From Camelus dromedarius (taxonomy: Eukaryota): 64,000 nt of DNA. Numbering within the stretch: the stretch's first letter is position 1; each line of letters begins with the position of its first letter. Below are positions 53,570-64,000 of this stretch, one piece after another. The notes under the pieces are model-generated. The model was not told the DNA's origin. It saw only the letters and a list, made by a program, of their open reading frames with translations, and searched no databases. The stretch spans positions 55,616,001 through 55,680,000 of the forward strand of contig NC_087436.1 in assembly GCF_036321535.1 (NCBI RefSeq), read 5' to 3'. A program made the translations under genes and the position numbers.

Positions 53570-54232
53570 TTAATATACAGCAGTGGAAGCACCAGACAAA
53601 ATTAACACAGGTTTTGTCATGTTTGCTTCCTTCAAGAAAAGTAAAATGATACATGAAGTTGAAGTTCTGTGCATCCTCCTTTCTAGTCTCACATCCTTCC
53701 CTGCTCCTTCCTGGCAGCAGCCACAATAACAAATTTGATGTCTGTATATCCAGTTCATAATTTTATAATTTTGCTACACATAAATACCTATAATATGGTA
53801 TAGGATTACATGTGTGTTGATTTTTATGAGTTTTTTTTCCCTGAACATTCCACAGATTTCTTTCTCATGCAACATTTTAGGATGGGTCTGCATACAGAAT
53901 AATTTCATTAATTTACAAGGGCATACAGTATTCCATTATGTGAATATGTCACAACTCACTGATCCAATCTTCCATTCACCTAAGATTCCTAAATGTTTCC
54001 CATTCCAAAGAATGCTGCCATGAACATTTTTGTCTATGCTTCCTGGCATATGTGTGCAAGAGTTTCACCAGAATGTATACCCAAAAGTGGGAGGTCTGAG
54101 TCACAGGATGAGAATAGGGTGTTTACATTCTCAACTTTATCAAATATTGCCAAATTCCTCTTCAAATGGTTGTACTGATTTATATTCCTGCCAGCAGGAT
54201 ATGGGAACTCCCATTGCACAACTTCATCAAAT
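53570..54232 (-). mobile_element. L1ME-type 3' region
   Basis: cagtattccattatgtgaatatg...aatgctgccatgaacatttttg...atattgccaaatt...ggttgtactgatttatattcctgccagcag. Confidence 0.8.
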
Positions 54233-54246
54233 TAAGAAATTCCAGA

Positions 54247-54369
54247 AAAAAATGCGACAATGAGTGTGTATATGTCCATGAATGACTGAAAAATTGTGCT
54301 GAACACTGGAATTTGACACAACATTGTAAAATGATTATAAATCAATAAAAAATGTTAAAAAAAAACCCC
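54247..54369 (+). mobile_element. Very short young L1 3' tip (camelid-like) with a perfect 12-bp TSD
   Basis: agaaattccaga at 54235-54246 and 54370-54381; TT/AAGA target; AATAAA plus A tail; shares tgactgaa...ttgacacaacattgtaaa with 15720-15770. Confidence 0.9.
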
Positions 54370-54404
54370 AGAAATTCCAGACTTTAAAAAAAATTGATGA
54401 CCAT

Positions 54405-54597
54405 ATAATATTTCTTAATAGAAAGTCTCTTGACAGTTTGAATTAGACAATTCTTTGTTATGTGGAACTGTTCAGTGCACTATAGGACATTTGTATCCTT
54501 GGCCCATTGGCACTAAATGACAGTAGCATATTACAATAAATAATAACAACTCCACAATTTCCAAATTTCCAGTACTACTCGTATTGAAGATGACTGT
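54405..54597 (-). mobile_element. MER20-like hAT DNA transposon
   Basis: aattctttgttatgtggaactgttcagtgcactataggacattt...cactaaatgacagtagca. Confidence 0.7.
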
Positions 54598-55119
54598 GGG
54601 TAAAATGGCCCTCACTATTTTAATTTGTATCATCCTAGCCTCATGAGTTGAACAATTACCTCACTAATTTCCTGATTTCTAGTTTTCCTTGTTTATCAGT
54701 GAATCATCTAAAGCCATAATAGGTATTCTCCTAAGTAACAATTTACCTGCATGCCACATACATTTATTTAAAAAATTATAAATTCATTCAAATTCATCTT
54801 AAATGTCCCTTAAGTTACTCTGTAACTAACACATTATTTAAAAGGGCTTTTCCCAATAATATGTGGAACTATAGTTGCTCTTTGATTTAACTGCATTATG
54901 GTCAAAGAACCAGTTGTATATATCAGTTTAGGATGTTACTGTGGTTCATGGTGGTGGCTAGTACACCTGTACTCACTCAACATTTGTGAGTGGTTCATTT
55001 GCAATATAACATGCATAAAACATAAAATACACATTCTTTTTAAAAACCAGCTTCCGAAAATTTTTTCAGGTGTTAAATGTCTTGGATTTGAGTTCAGCTA
55101 GGCATAAAATATATGTTAT

Positions 55120-56354
55120 ACATTTTGAGTATATTGTTTAAGCTCAGGAATATGTAATACTTAATATCACAATCCAACATTTCAATGTATTGGGCAAGGA
55201 GAATAATTCTTCCATATTACTACAGTTCCCCATATTGAGTGAGCTTCTGTATGTATTTTACATGGAGAAAGCAACCTTGTTATACTCACTCTTCAAAAAT
55301 TGGATGAAACTTCCACTCAACATTTGGTTTGCATGTCTATACTGATGATCATACACACAAACACATACACACAGAAAACAAGAAGGTATGAGGAAGGATT
55401 ATTACTCACAAAATGAGGCTTTCTTGAGCAAGCAGGGCAAGCTCCAAAAGCAGGTTCAAAAACAGCTTCAGAGAGCAGGGGAAGACTAGCATGGGGCATA
55501 TGGTAGTTAAGGAGTGGGGCTGGGCAAAGGTTACCCTGGATGGAACAGGAATTTCGTGATTCTCACCAGCACCAAAAAAAAACAAAAAAAGGAGCAACTG
55601 GATGTTTTATTTGCTTTTCCAGGTGTGGGGTAGGATGGGAAAGGGAAGTGGTGGGGCTTAAAAGTTACACTAGTAGTGTCAAAACTGGAGTGGGACTATT
55701 ACAGTTATCTGCTACATTTGCTTCTTTATATATATTCACTTTGTGAATTAAAAAGCATTTTTAATCTTCCAGAGACACAAAGACAAAATTAAGATTTTAT
55801 AATATAAAATTCATGATTAAGAATGGTTATGGATTCTATTTGTTCAAATTGCTGTTAAAAATATCTATGTACCTTTCTGAAGTTATTTCTGTGTCATTGC
55901 TGTAGCTCAGGATATGCAGCAATAAATGTAAAAATTAAGAAGGCACCTCATAGCATCCTCTAGCTTTGTGGTGATCTACTAAATATGTGAACAGTGGCAC
56001 ACAGAGTGCATTCGAAAACTTGGAGGACATAATGTCTAACATCACCATTCTCTAAAAGACATAGTTATTTGTCAGTAATCACCATGTAATAATCAGTAAT
56101 AATCATTATTTTCTTGATTCAACCATTGGTTTAAAATATTCAAATTCAGCAACATATTCACGTATAAACTAAAATTTTCACTTACCAAACAAAAATGCGA
56201 CATCTCACAGTGTATACTCTTTAAATTTTAAACACAAATTAAAATTTTCAAGTGGTTCAAGTTCAATTTCTTTGTCTTTATAATCATTGTGTTACCATTG
56301 CACATTTTGAGTATATTGTTTGAGTTCAGGAATATGTAATAGTTAATATCACAA
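55120..56354 (+). repeat. 53-bp direct repeat pair (55120-55172 and 56302-56354)
   Basis: acattttgagtatattgttt(a/g)ag(c/t)tcaggaatatgtaata(c/g)ttaatatcacaa; 50/53 identical by eye. Confidence 0.9.
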
Positions 56355-58609
56355 GGGTGGAGACATAGGCTGTACTTGAAGTGATCTTGAGAATTTTCTA
56401 ATTATTACAAACTTACTCTTGAGTTGAACATACGTGTCTGAGCCCTTTGTCCCATGGACAAACATTACAATAGGAAAATCTTTTAATTAACTTCCATGTA
56501 GAATACAATTCGTATCAGAGGGTAAGAAATAAATATTGTACTAATTGGATTCATTTTAATTGTAGAATTTAAGATAGAAAGGAAGAGAGATAATAGTAAA
56601 TCTGTAACTGTTTAGAACTAAGAAATATCAAAGGTTTGAGGGGATGGAAGAATACATTTTGCCACTAAAATTTTCAAAAACACCAGCACATTGTGTAAAT
56701 AAAATGCAGACATATTTAATAGTTTTAGTTCACTTGAATTCCTTACTAATGATGTATTTTTCTTACTGCATGGACCACTACTACCTCCCTATTCTTAATT
56801 TGGTTCATTTAACTCTAGACATAACTTTGCCTTCTGAAAGTTTGGAGGTCTTTATTACATAATAAATATAACATCTTTCCTCCCATATCCCATGAAGAAA
56901 GAGTTTAGCTGACACACAGAATCCATGTATACTAACATAATGTTCTATGAATAATAATTTCAAGATGTTAAATGTAAGAAAGGAAGATTAAAATTGAGGT
57001 AAGTGGAACATATGTTTTCTACTGGAAATTACAGAGTAAATAGCAAACAGGTTATTATTTCTTTTAAAACTCAGATGATCTAAAAAGACATTGTGCATGG
57101 TAGAGTTAATTTTTTTTCCTGTATATATCACAGAGATCTGTTTTTATTTTTAGGACCACTTTTAATAAAACATATTTTCAGTTAATTTAGATGAATACAT
57201 CTAGTATCAAGGTAGAAATACAGAGAAATCTATACCATGTTACTAGAGGTCATATGTGGTTAACCATGTCTAATCAAATAAAAGAAAGAATTAAATTATC
57301 TGTGTATAAATGTTTAATCAAGAGGTAGTCTGGATTTTTGAATCACATCATAGATTATAGATTAACAAAGACTGAGCATAAAAATTCAGATTTATAGTTG
57401 GAGTAAATTAAAAGTAGGAATAAAGGATATGTGTTACCTTAAAACTATTAATATCTCTTAAGTTGGAAGTCCCATACTAGTAATCACTTACTTCTAACTG
57501 ATATTTACAATCATTTTATTTTTAGCTAATAATCACTTTGGATTTATAAATATGCATTAATTTCAAATAAATATAGAATTGTATTTTTCTATTTATTTTA
57601 TTGTCACGTTATAACTGTATTTGTTGTAAATAATTACTCTAAACAAAATTTTCAGAACACTATGAAAGACTTTGAAGTCTAAGGAAAAATAAATTTCCAG
57701 ATTAATAGACTCCTATGCCTCTTAACAACTCAAGACTTTCTTTCAACCTAAATATACATAGAAAAAAATTTTATGTTCAGTGTGTCTTGCAGAGATGTTA
57801 TTTCAAATAAAGAATATTTTAAAAAGGGAGTGAATAATTGAAAAATTCACATTTTATGCTAGCAATCTTCTTCATTTTGAAATATTTTATCATTAATTTT
57901 AGAAAATTATTTTTAGCAATTAGATAAAATTTTGAAGTGTTTTTTATACTTTTCAAATATTGCCAGGTGTTCAAAGTCTGATTTAAGTAGATTTTCCCTT
58001 CAAATCCATTTATTTTATGTTACCAAATGAAGCTTATGAAACGTATGCTACACAGACTTTGTAAGAATAGTAATAATAGAATCATAATAGTAGTGAAATT
58101 AATTCGTGAAGAGTAATTCCATTTTGTCCTTTTAAAGTTTACATATTCCCTAAGAAATTAAAAGGAATTTATTTAAAGATGAAAGTTCAAATCTTGCTAT
58201 GCACAATATCTGCAGAATTTCTGTGGCTTTCTATATTAAGAAATTTGTTGTATCAAAATTAAGAAATTGAGAAGAGAATTATTTCTGTTTTGAAGCAATT
58301 TATTCCATTACAAAACAAATTTCTTCCATTTAGTGTATATAATGAGTGATGTGTTGATTTATATAAGTCATTAACTCCTTGGAAATAATATAAACTTGAA
58401 GTGACAGGAGAAACTGATTTTCGGAAATTGAGAAGATTCCTAATGACTGTTTCGCAAAATTTAATTTGGCTATAATTTTTTATAAACACAGGGTTTAAAG
58501 TGTTTTATACCCATTTTTATAGGTGAAATAAAGTATGTTAAGTATTTCAGTGTAGGATTCACAATTTTTTTTTAATCTTCTAATTTACAATGACCTAATG
58601 TCTTAACTT

Positions 58610-59100
58610 AGAATACCTTAAACCCAGTGACAAGGAGCCAGTGACAACACTTGGGGGCAGTTCTTTTACTTGAAGTGAGGAAACAAGCAAAGTGAGCTAA
58701 GGAAGGAGGAAAAGCTAATGCATAGGAGAGGCAACAGCCAGTTCCCTGGAGTCAGTGCTGCCAGGACCACCCACCTGGGAAGCACGCAGAACACCTACAT
58801 TAATTGCTCACCTGATGGACGGGAGACTCTTTACATTGACTCTCTTTCCCATTTGAAGGTTAACTTTAGGGATGTAAATGCTTCCACATTTGGCTGAGTT
58901 TGAGCCCAGGTTCAGTGGGCACAGCATTGGAGATGTTCCTGGGTGCAAAACAGAAAAACAAGCAGCATGAATCTGAGATGAAACATGGTTGGTGCATGGT
59001 GAGTCTAAATTCCTTCAGACATGGGTCCACGACTGTAACCAAAACCAGAGGTGAACCTAGTTATGTGATTCTGGGCTCTGGTGCATCTTACACTGATGCA
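58610..59100 (-). mobile_element. LTR33/LTR16-like ERV-L LTR
   Basis: GC-richer block; cagttcttttacttgaagtgagg...aagtgagctaaggaaggaggaaaagctaat. Confidence 0.5.
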
Positions 59101-60139
59101 TCATCTCAGAATTTAATTGGGAAAACATTTCTTCCTTCCTTTATTTGCTAAGGGTAAGAAACTCAGTTGTGCAAATATTGTGTTAATTTTCATATTATTT
59201 TCTCTCTCAGCTTTTTCTTATGGGACTGTATTTATGTTTTGTGGTCACCAAGTACTAGAACAGCAGTGTAGAAAATATTCTATAAAAATAAAAGAATTAA
59301 TTAGCTCTCCCAGGTGCCTGCAAATTTTTCAGGTGTAAGGTTCACAATTTATTGAATTTCCAAGGACATACATACATTTTTCTTATTATTCAAAAATGAT
59401 GTTATAATGGGGATTGTTCTTTCAGAGACTGAAAAGATGGATGTGTGACTAATGGTCCTTTCCATCCTACATAAATGCATACACTGTCCTTCATCAATGA
59501 CGTGCTGTGTCTGAGGCTATTTACAATGAAGTCTCTTATACTCACTGTCTTCCCAACACCTTCACTGACATAGAAACACCTCACTTCAAATTGCATTGTG
59601 TGGAGCTAAATTGATGTGCATTAAAAAGTAAAAAATTATCCTCTAAAGAAAGCACTCTGTAGCTTCCTTTCTAATGCCTAAAAACATTAACCTGTACATA
59701 TAAAGCAAAGGATAAGGGGGTGGGGGGAGTGAAGAATTGCTTTTCTCATCAAATGCATAGAAAGAAAACATAAAATTTCAAATGTTTCATATATTGTTTA
59801 TATTGCTGTTTATTTTGGTCTCATTTTTCCATTAGTTATTGTGCTCTTAAATTTTTTAAAAAATTATTTAAATAGGATTGTCCTGAGATCATCTACCTCT
59901 AGAGTCAGCTAGCTTGAATCCTCACCACAGGCATCAATTGTTTCTTTTATATCTTATCACTTGCCAAATCTTCAGGATTTCTTTTATCACAAATCTCTGG
60001 TTTCCATTCCATCTTTTCCAATTTGCCACCACCTAGCTAGATTGTCTTTTTGTATTTACTCAGTATATTCTGTAGCCTAGACATTTTGCTAGATATAATG
60101 CACTCTTGAATTATTGAAGACATCTACAGTTAATGCCTC

Positions 60140-60440
60140 TTACTGCCTTATCTAGACTTTCTTTCACATGAAGTAACAGGAAATAATGCAAGCTAGCTCC
60201 AAACTAATACAAAGATTAATTGCCAGGATGGAGTGTTATCGCAGAGTACCAAGGGCAGTAAGAGCTACTAGGCAGTAGGAGAGACCAGAACCAGGAAAGA
60301 GAAATTCATCGTAAACTCAGGCAATGACTACATTTGTCTCATGGAGGTCTCTCATCTCTGCTTCTCTTTCTGCAACTACTACATCCTTTAGATTTCCATG
60401 TACACTCGTTTTCTCTGCCTCTTTAAGAGCTTCTGTTTAA
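60140..60440 (-). mobile_element. Very old MaLR LTR fragment (MLT1K-N-like)
   Basis: aagtaacaggaaataatgcaagctagct...gaccagaaccagg...tctcatctctgcttctct. Confidence 0.45.
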
Positions 60441-61259
60441 ACATAGGCAATCAACCAACTATTTCCAAGTTTAGGAATGATAACTAAGTAACGCCCACAA
60501 TAAACCATTAACACATTAATGTGAACCCCACACTCACACTTACTGGGTGAGACCTTGCAGTCCTGTATCTCGGCCATCCTGTGACTTTTAAAATGGCAAT
60601 TAGCTAAGAATGTGTATATTAGTTATTGCCTGTTGAAAAATTAAAATGAAACTTGGTCAGGGTCTCCCTCCACCCTCAGGTAATATACGTGGACTGTAAT
60701 AATGAGATTCTGAAAACAGAAACCTAGAAGTTGTCAGTCACTCAGGAACGTCACATCAAGTCAAAAGAAAGATAGCACATAAGGTGAAGGCAAAGATGGT
60801 CTTGGATAGGACGAGTCTCACATTTTCCTTTGAAATGACCTCTCCCCAATATCAAATCATGTTTTGTTTGGTTTGATAAATGATAATGAACAAGAGTCCT
60901 GTGAAAGGACTGACACCAACCCACCCTAGGATGATGGAGATGTCAGGACCAGTTACTGAGCATCTCAGTGGCATGAGAGCCAAAAGGTTTCCAGAGAATT
61001 TTCTAGTATCTAGATGAGGGGCCTTTGCACTGTAAACAAATTCTTCCCCCTGAGCATTTTAGATGAGACTTCCTGATTAAAGAGAGACAGACGAGATCAC
61101 CTGAGCTGACCTGGTGTCAGTAAGTGTAGGCCACACCACACTGGGCACAAAGACAGGAAGTGTGGTTAAAGCAGTGACTGTGCGTCACACCTCAGGTGGC
61201 CCTAGTCAAATGATTCTACTGGAATAAAAAATTCTGAGACCTTTCAAAGCACACATACA

Positions 61260-61294
<35 letters not shown>

Positions 61295-61295
61295 A

Positions 61296-61368
<73 letters not shown>
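61260..61368. repeat. Compound (CT)n(CA)n microsatellite
   Basis: Directly visible. Confidence 0.95.
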
Positions 61369-61369
<1 letters not shown>

Positions 61370-63709
61370 AGGTAATGAAAACTGCTGAATCATCTCTTTT
61401 CTTTGGGCAGGTGCATACCTGTGCTCTGTGATAGCACCCTTAATCCCAATGGATATAGGACTAACAGCATTCTGGGAAAGGGTAGAGACTGGGAATAAAA
61501 CTGCACATTATTTTGGCAAAAAGCTTCTCTCTCTGGGTCACCACAGTCAAAAGAGAACTTCAGGGCTGCAGATATCTGGGGATTGGACCCAGTGGACCAT
61601 GTTTTCTCTGAGAGTGCAGCGTTCTCTTCAAAACAGTAGGTATGTGCTGCTCTTAGAATGAAGAGTTTTGTCCTTCTGTGCATAAATGGCTGTCTACCCT
61701 CAGGCTCTGATCTTCCCAGATGTCTCAGCAGAAGAGGTTCTTGTGTGAACTCTGTTGTTTGAAGGGCCAGAAGAACCCAAAGACTTTAGCAAGCAAGTCA
61801 CACATCTGACACAATCAGAAAATCCCATCCATGCCCTGCTCTAGACAGTGTTGCCTGAAACATCTACTGTATTTTCCTACTTGACATATTGGCTTTAGTG
61901 GAAAGAACATATATATGTATCTATATCATAACATGTATCTATAGCTATTTAAAGAAAAATAACTGTATATTTTCTTGTTCATGACCTAAAGTTATCAATT
62001 TATATAAACGTTCCCAGCTATGGAAACAGTTTGCTTAATTATGTTTGACACTAAACTATGACACTTAGGAATATGGGAAAATAAATTCTTAGGAGAGTTT
62101 TCAAACTGGCATAGAATATTTGCATATTCTTTATTCCATAATGCAAGCCTTGCATTAATTGCCTTCTCTAAAGAATATTTCAACATTTTTTTCAAGCAGG
62201 GTGATTCTTCCTACAAATATGATTAGGCTTTACCACTCTGCTCCTAGAAATGAGGTCACTTTTATCTATATCCTACATGGTAATGGTTAATTAACAAACA
62301 AAAATTCTGCTTTTCAAAGGGTTGTCTTTTCTCGATAGCTTCAAAGCTCCCTAGGGAGTATTTCTCATAGAATCTGTCCTCCTTTTCACTGCCTATAGCT
62401 TCTTTCATGGGACTCACAGGTGCCTCTCAAGGTCAAACTCAGAACTCACTATTCCCCTTGATTTATTCACCGCAGACCTCCTCCTACGTGCTTCAGCTGC
62501 CTCAAAACACTGCACTGAACTGTCAGGGGAGGAGTCAGGTTCACCTGAGGCCCCTACCACCGAGAGAAGCTGGAAACTCAACATCAGTTCTGTTGCAGCT
62601 GCTGGAATCCCTCCAATGCCGTTCCAGTCCAGATAAGAAATGTCCCACCAAGTTGAGGAAGAAATACTCTCGTCTTCAATGTTAATGCTTAGTCATGGGT
62701 ATTTCACAGAAAATCTGGCTGAGCTACAAGTGTTACAGTTTTTAATTGTCCAGCTTTTTAAAATTGATAAGCATTCACACATTACCTCCATGTGCAAGCC
62801 TCATGGATTTCAGGGCTGAGATGAAGGCCTATAAGTTGCACACTAAAAAGACAGGGTCCTGGTGAACTTTGCAGCAATCAAGACTCAATCATATCCACCC
62901 CAGCCACAAGCAAAACACTGTTTCTGAAAAGACAGCGATCCTGCTCTATACAGCAATTGTGTCTCGGCCAGATCTACCTCAGTCCATCAAACTTCTTATG
63001 TATCACTGAAACTCATTGGGGAAGGAGGCGAGGGTCAGGAAAGAGAAGACAAAAATTTCTGGAGGCAAATAGCTATTTGGAGAGAAAAGGCGCTGCCCCA
63101 AAACATGCAGCAATAAGTATGAATACTGATAAATACTGGCCGCAAGGGGTGGCAACAAGCCTCCCTGTAATACAGGCGGAGCACGGGGCCACAAACCCAG
63201 ACAAAACAAAAACATTATGTATGTTTTTAACTTGTAAAAGTTTTCTAAATGTCTGTCTCCAGGTACTAGAATTAAAATTTTATAGATAGCTTGCTATTTC
63301 CACCTGTAAAGGAGCTCCTGCATTGTAAAAACATAAATTAATTTTATTTATGTTATCTGCTTGCCCAGTAGCTCATTATGTATATATCTGAAGATTTTAC
63401 AGATTAGCATAGTCTTAGTCTGTTTTATAATAGTCTGAACAGAACCTTTAATTTCTTCTAAGTGCAATAGCAACTTAATGGGCTTCCTATTGTGCTCAAT
63501 CTCTTTGTTCTTATATAATGTGGAATACGCTTTAGAAGCCTGTGCACACTTTCATTGAATCCAGAGCTATTCATAATGTGATTTCTTCCTTCATGCTTCT
63601 GCTCTGCCCGTTGAAGAGTGGTGTATGCTATGTCGGATTACTGAAGAGTAGAGGAAGAAAAGCGTAATTATTTTTGAAGCTCCATGAGAGTGATTTATCC
63701 CCTTTCGAC

Positions 63710-63872
63710 CAGAGGTTCCTGAACCTGGATGATCAGCAGAATTACCTCTGAAGATGTTTTTTTTTTTTTAAAAAATTCAGTCATCTGGGCTTCCTTTAGA
63801 GAGATTCTGATTTAGTGCACATAAGATTTTTTTTTTTAACCTAGTTAATTCTGATGCTCAGGACAACTGCTC
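63710..63872. mobile_element. MER5-like hAT-Charlie MITE
   Basis: cagaggttcctgaacctgg...cagaattacct...agagattctgatttagt...ttctgatgctcag...aactgctcta. Confidence 0.7.
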
Positions 63873-64000
63873 TATCAGAGAATAATATTTGAACAAAGTG
63901 AAGCATCACCCAGACCCCCCTTCAGAAACTGACGATCAATTTCCCCCAATTGCCATCAATGCTGCTGGCAAAAAAGGCCTAAACTGCCCTGAAGGAATTG

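Noticed and set aside
63066..63079. 14-bp palindrome caaatagctatttg (and 12-bp attcagctgaat at 25087-25098)
   Set aside because: Palindromes of this length are expected by chance in 64 kb of AT-rich DNA.
1..64000. Prokaryotic-type novel system (operon, CRISPR array, defence island)
   Set aside because: The sequence is mammalian repeat-rich DNA with no long ORFs, no operon structure and no regularly spaced repeat-spacer array.

Overview
AT-rich, CpG-poor eutherian genomic DNA, not prokaryotic. The youngest L1 3' ends (14655-15793, 54247-54369) resemble camelid L1, and I see no Alu, Bov-A/Bov-tA, PRE-1 or Can-SINE copies. A camel/alpaca-type genome is therefore my inference, from recall rather than a search. 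Much of the window is decayed transposable element: MIR, L2, old and young L1, MaLR (MLT1) and ERV LTRs, hAT/Tigger relics, and a ~3 kb LTR-less ERV-L gag-pro-pol fragment. I recognise no intact protein-coding gene, and I do not treat the ORF-track ORFs as genes. The best non-repeat signals are (i) a chain of minus-strand exon-like segments that read as one peptide if a single 1-nt frameshift is repaired, (ii) a TSD-flanked, poly(A)-tailed ~240 bp insert that looks like a retrocopied 3' UTR, and (iii) a 53-bp direct repeat 1.18 kb apart. I found nothing that supports a new multi-gene biological system. Repeat family names come from remembered consensus motifs, and their boundaries are approximate.
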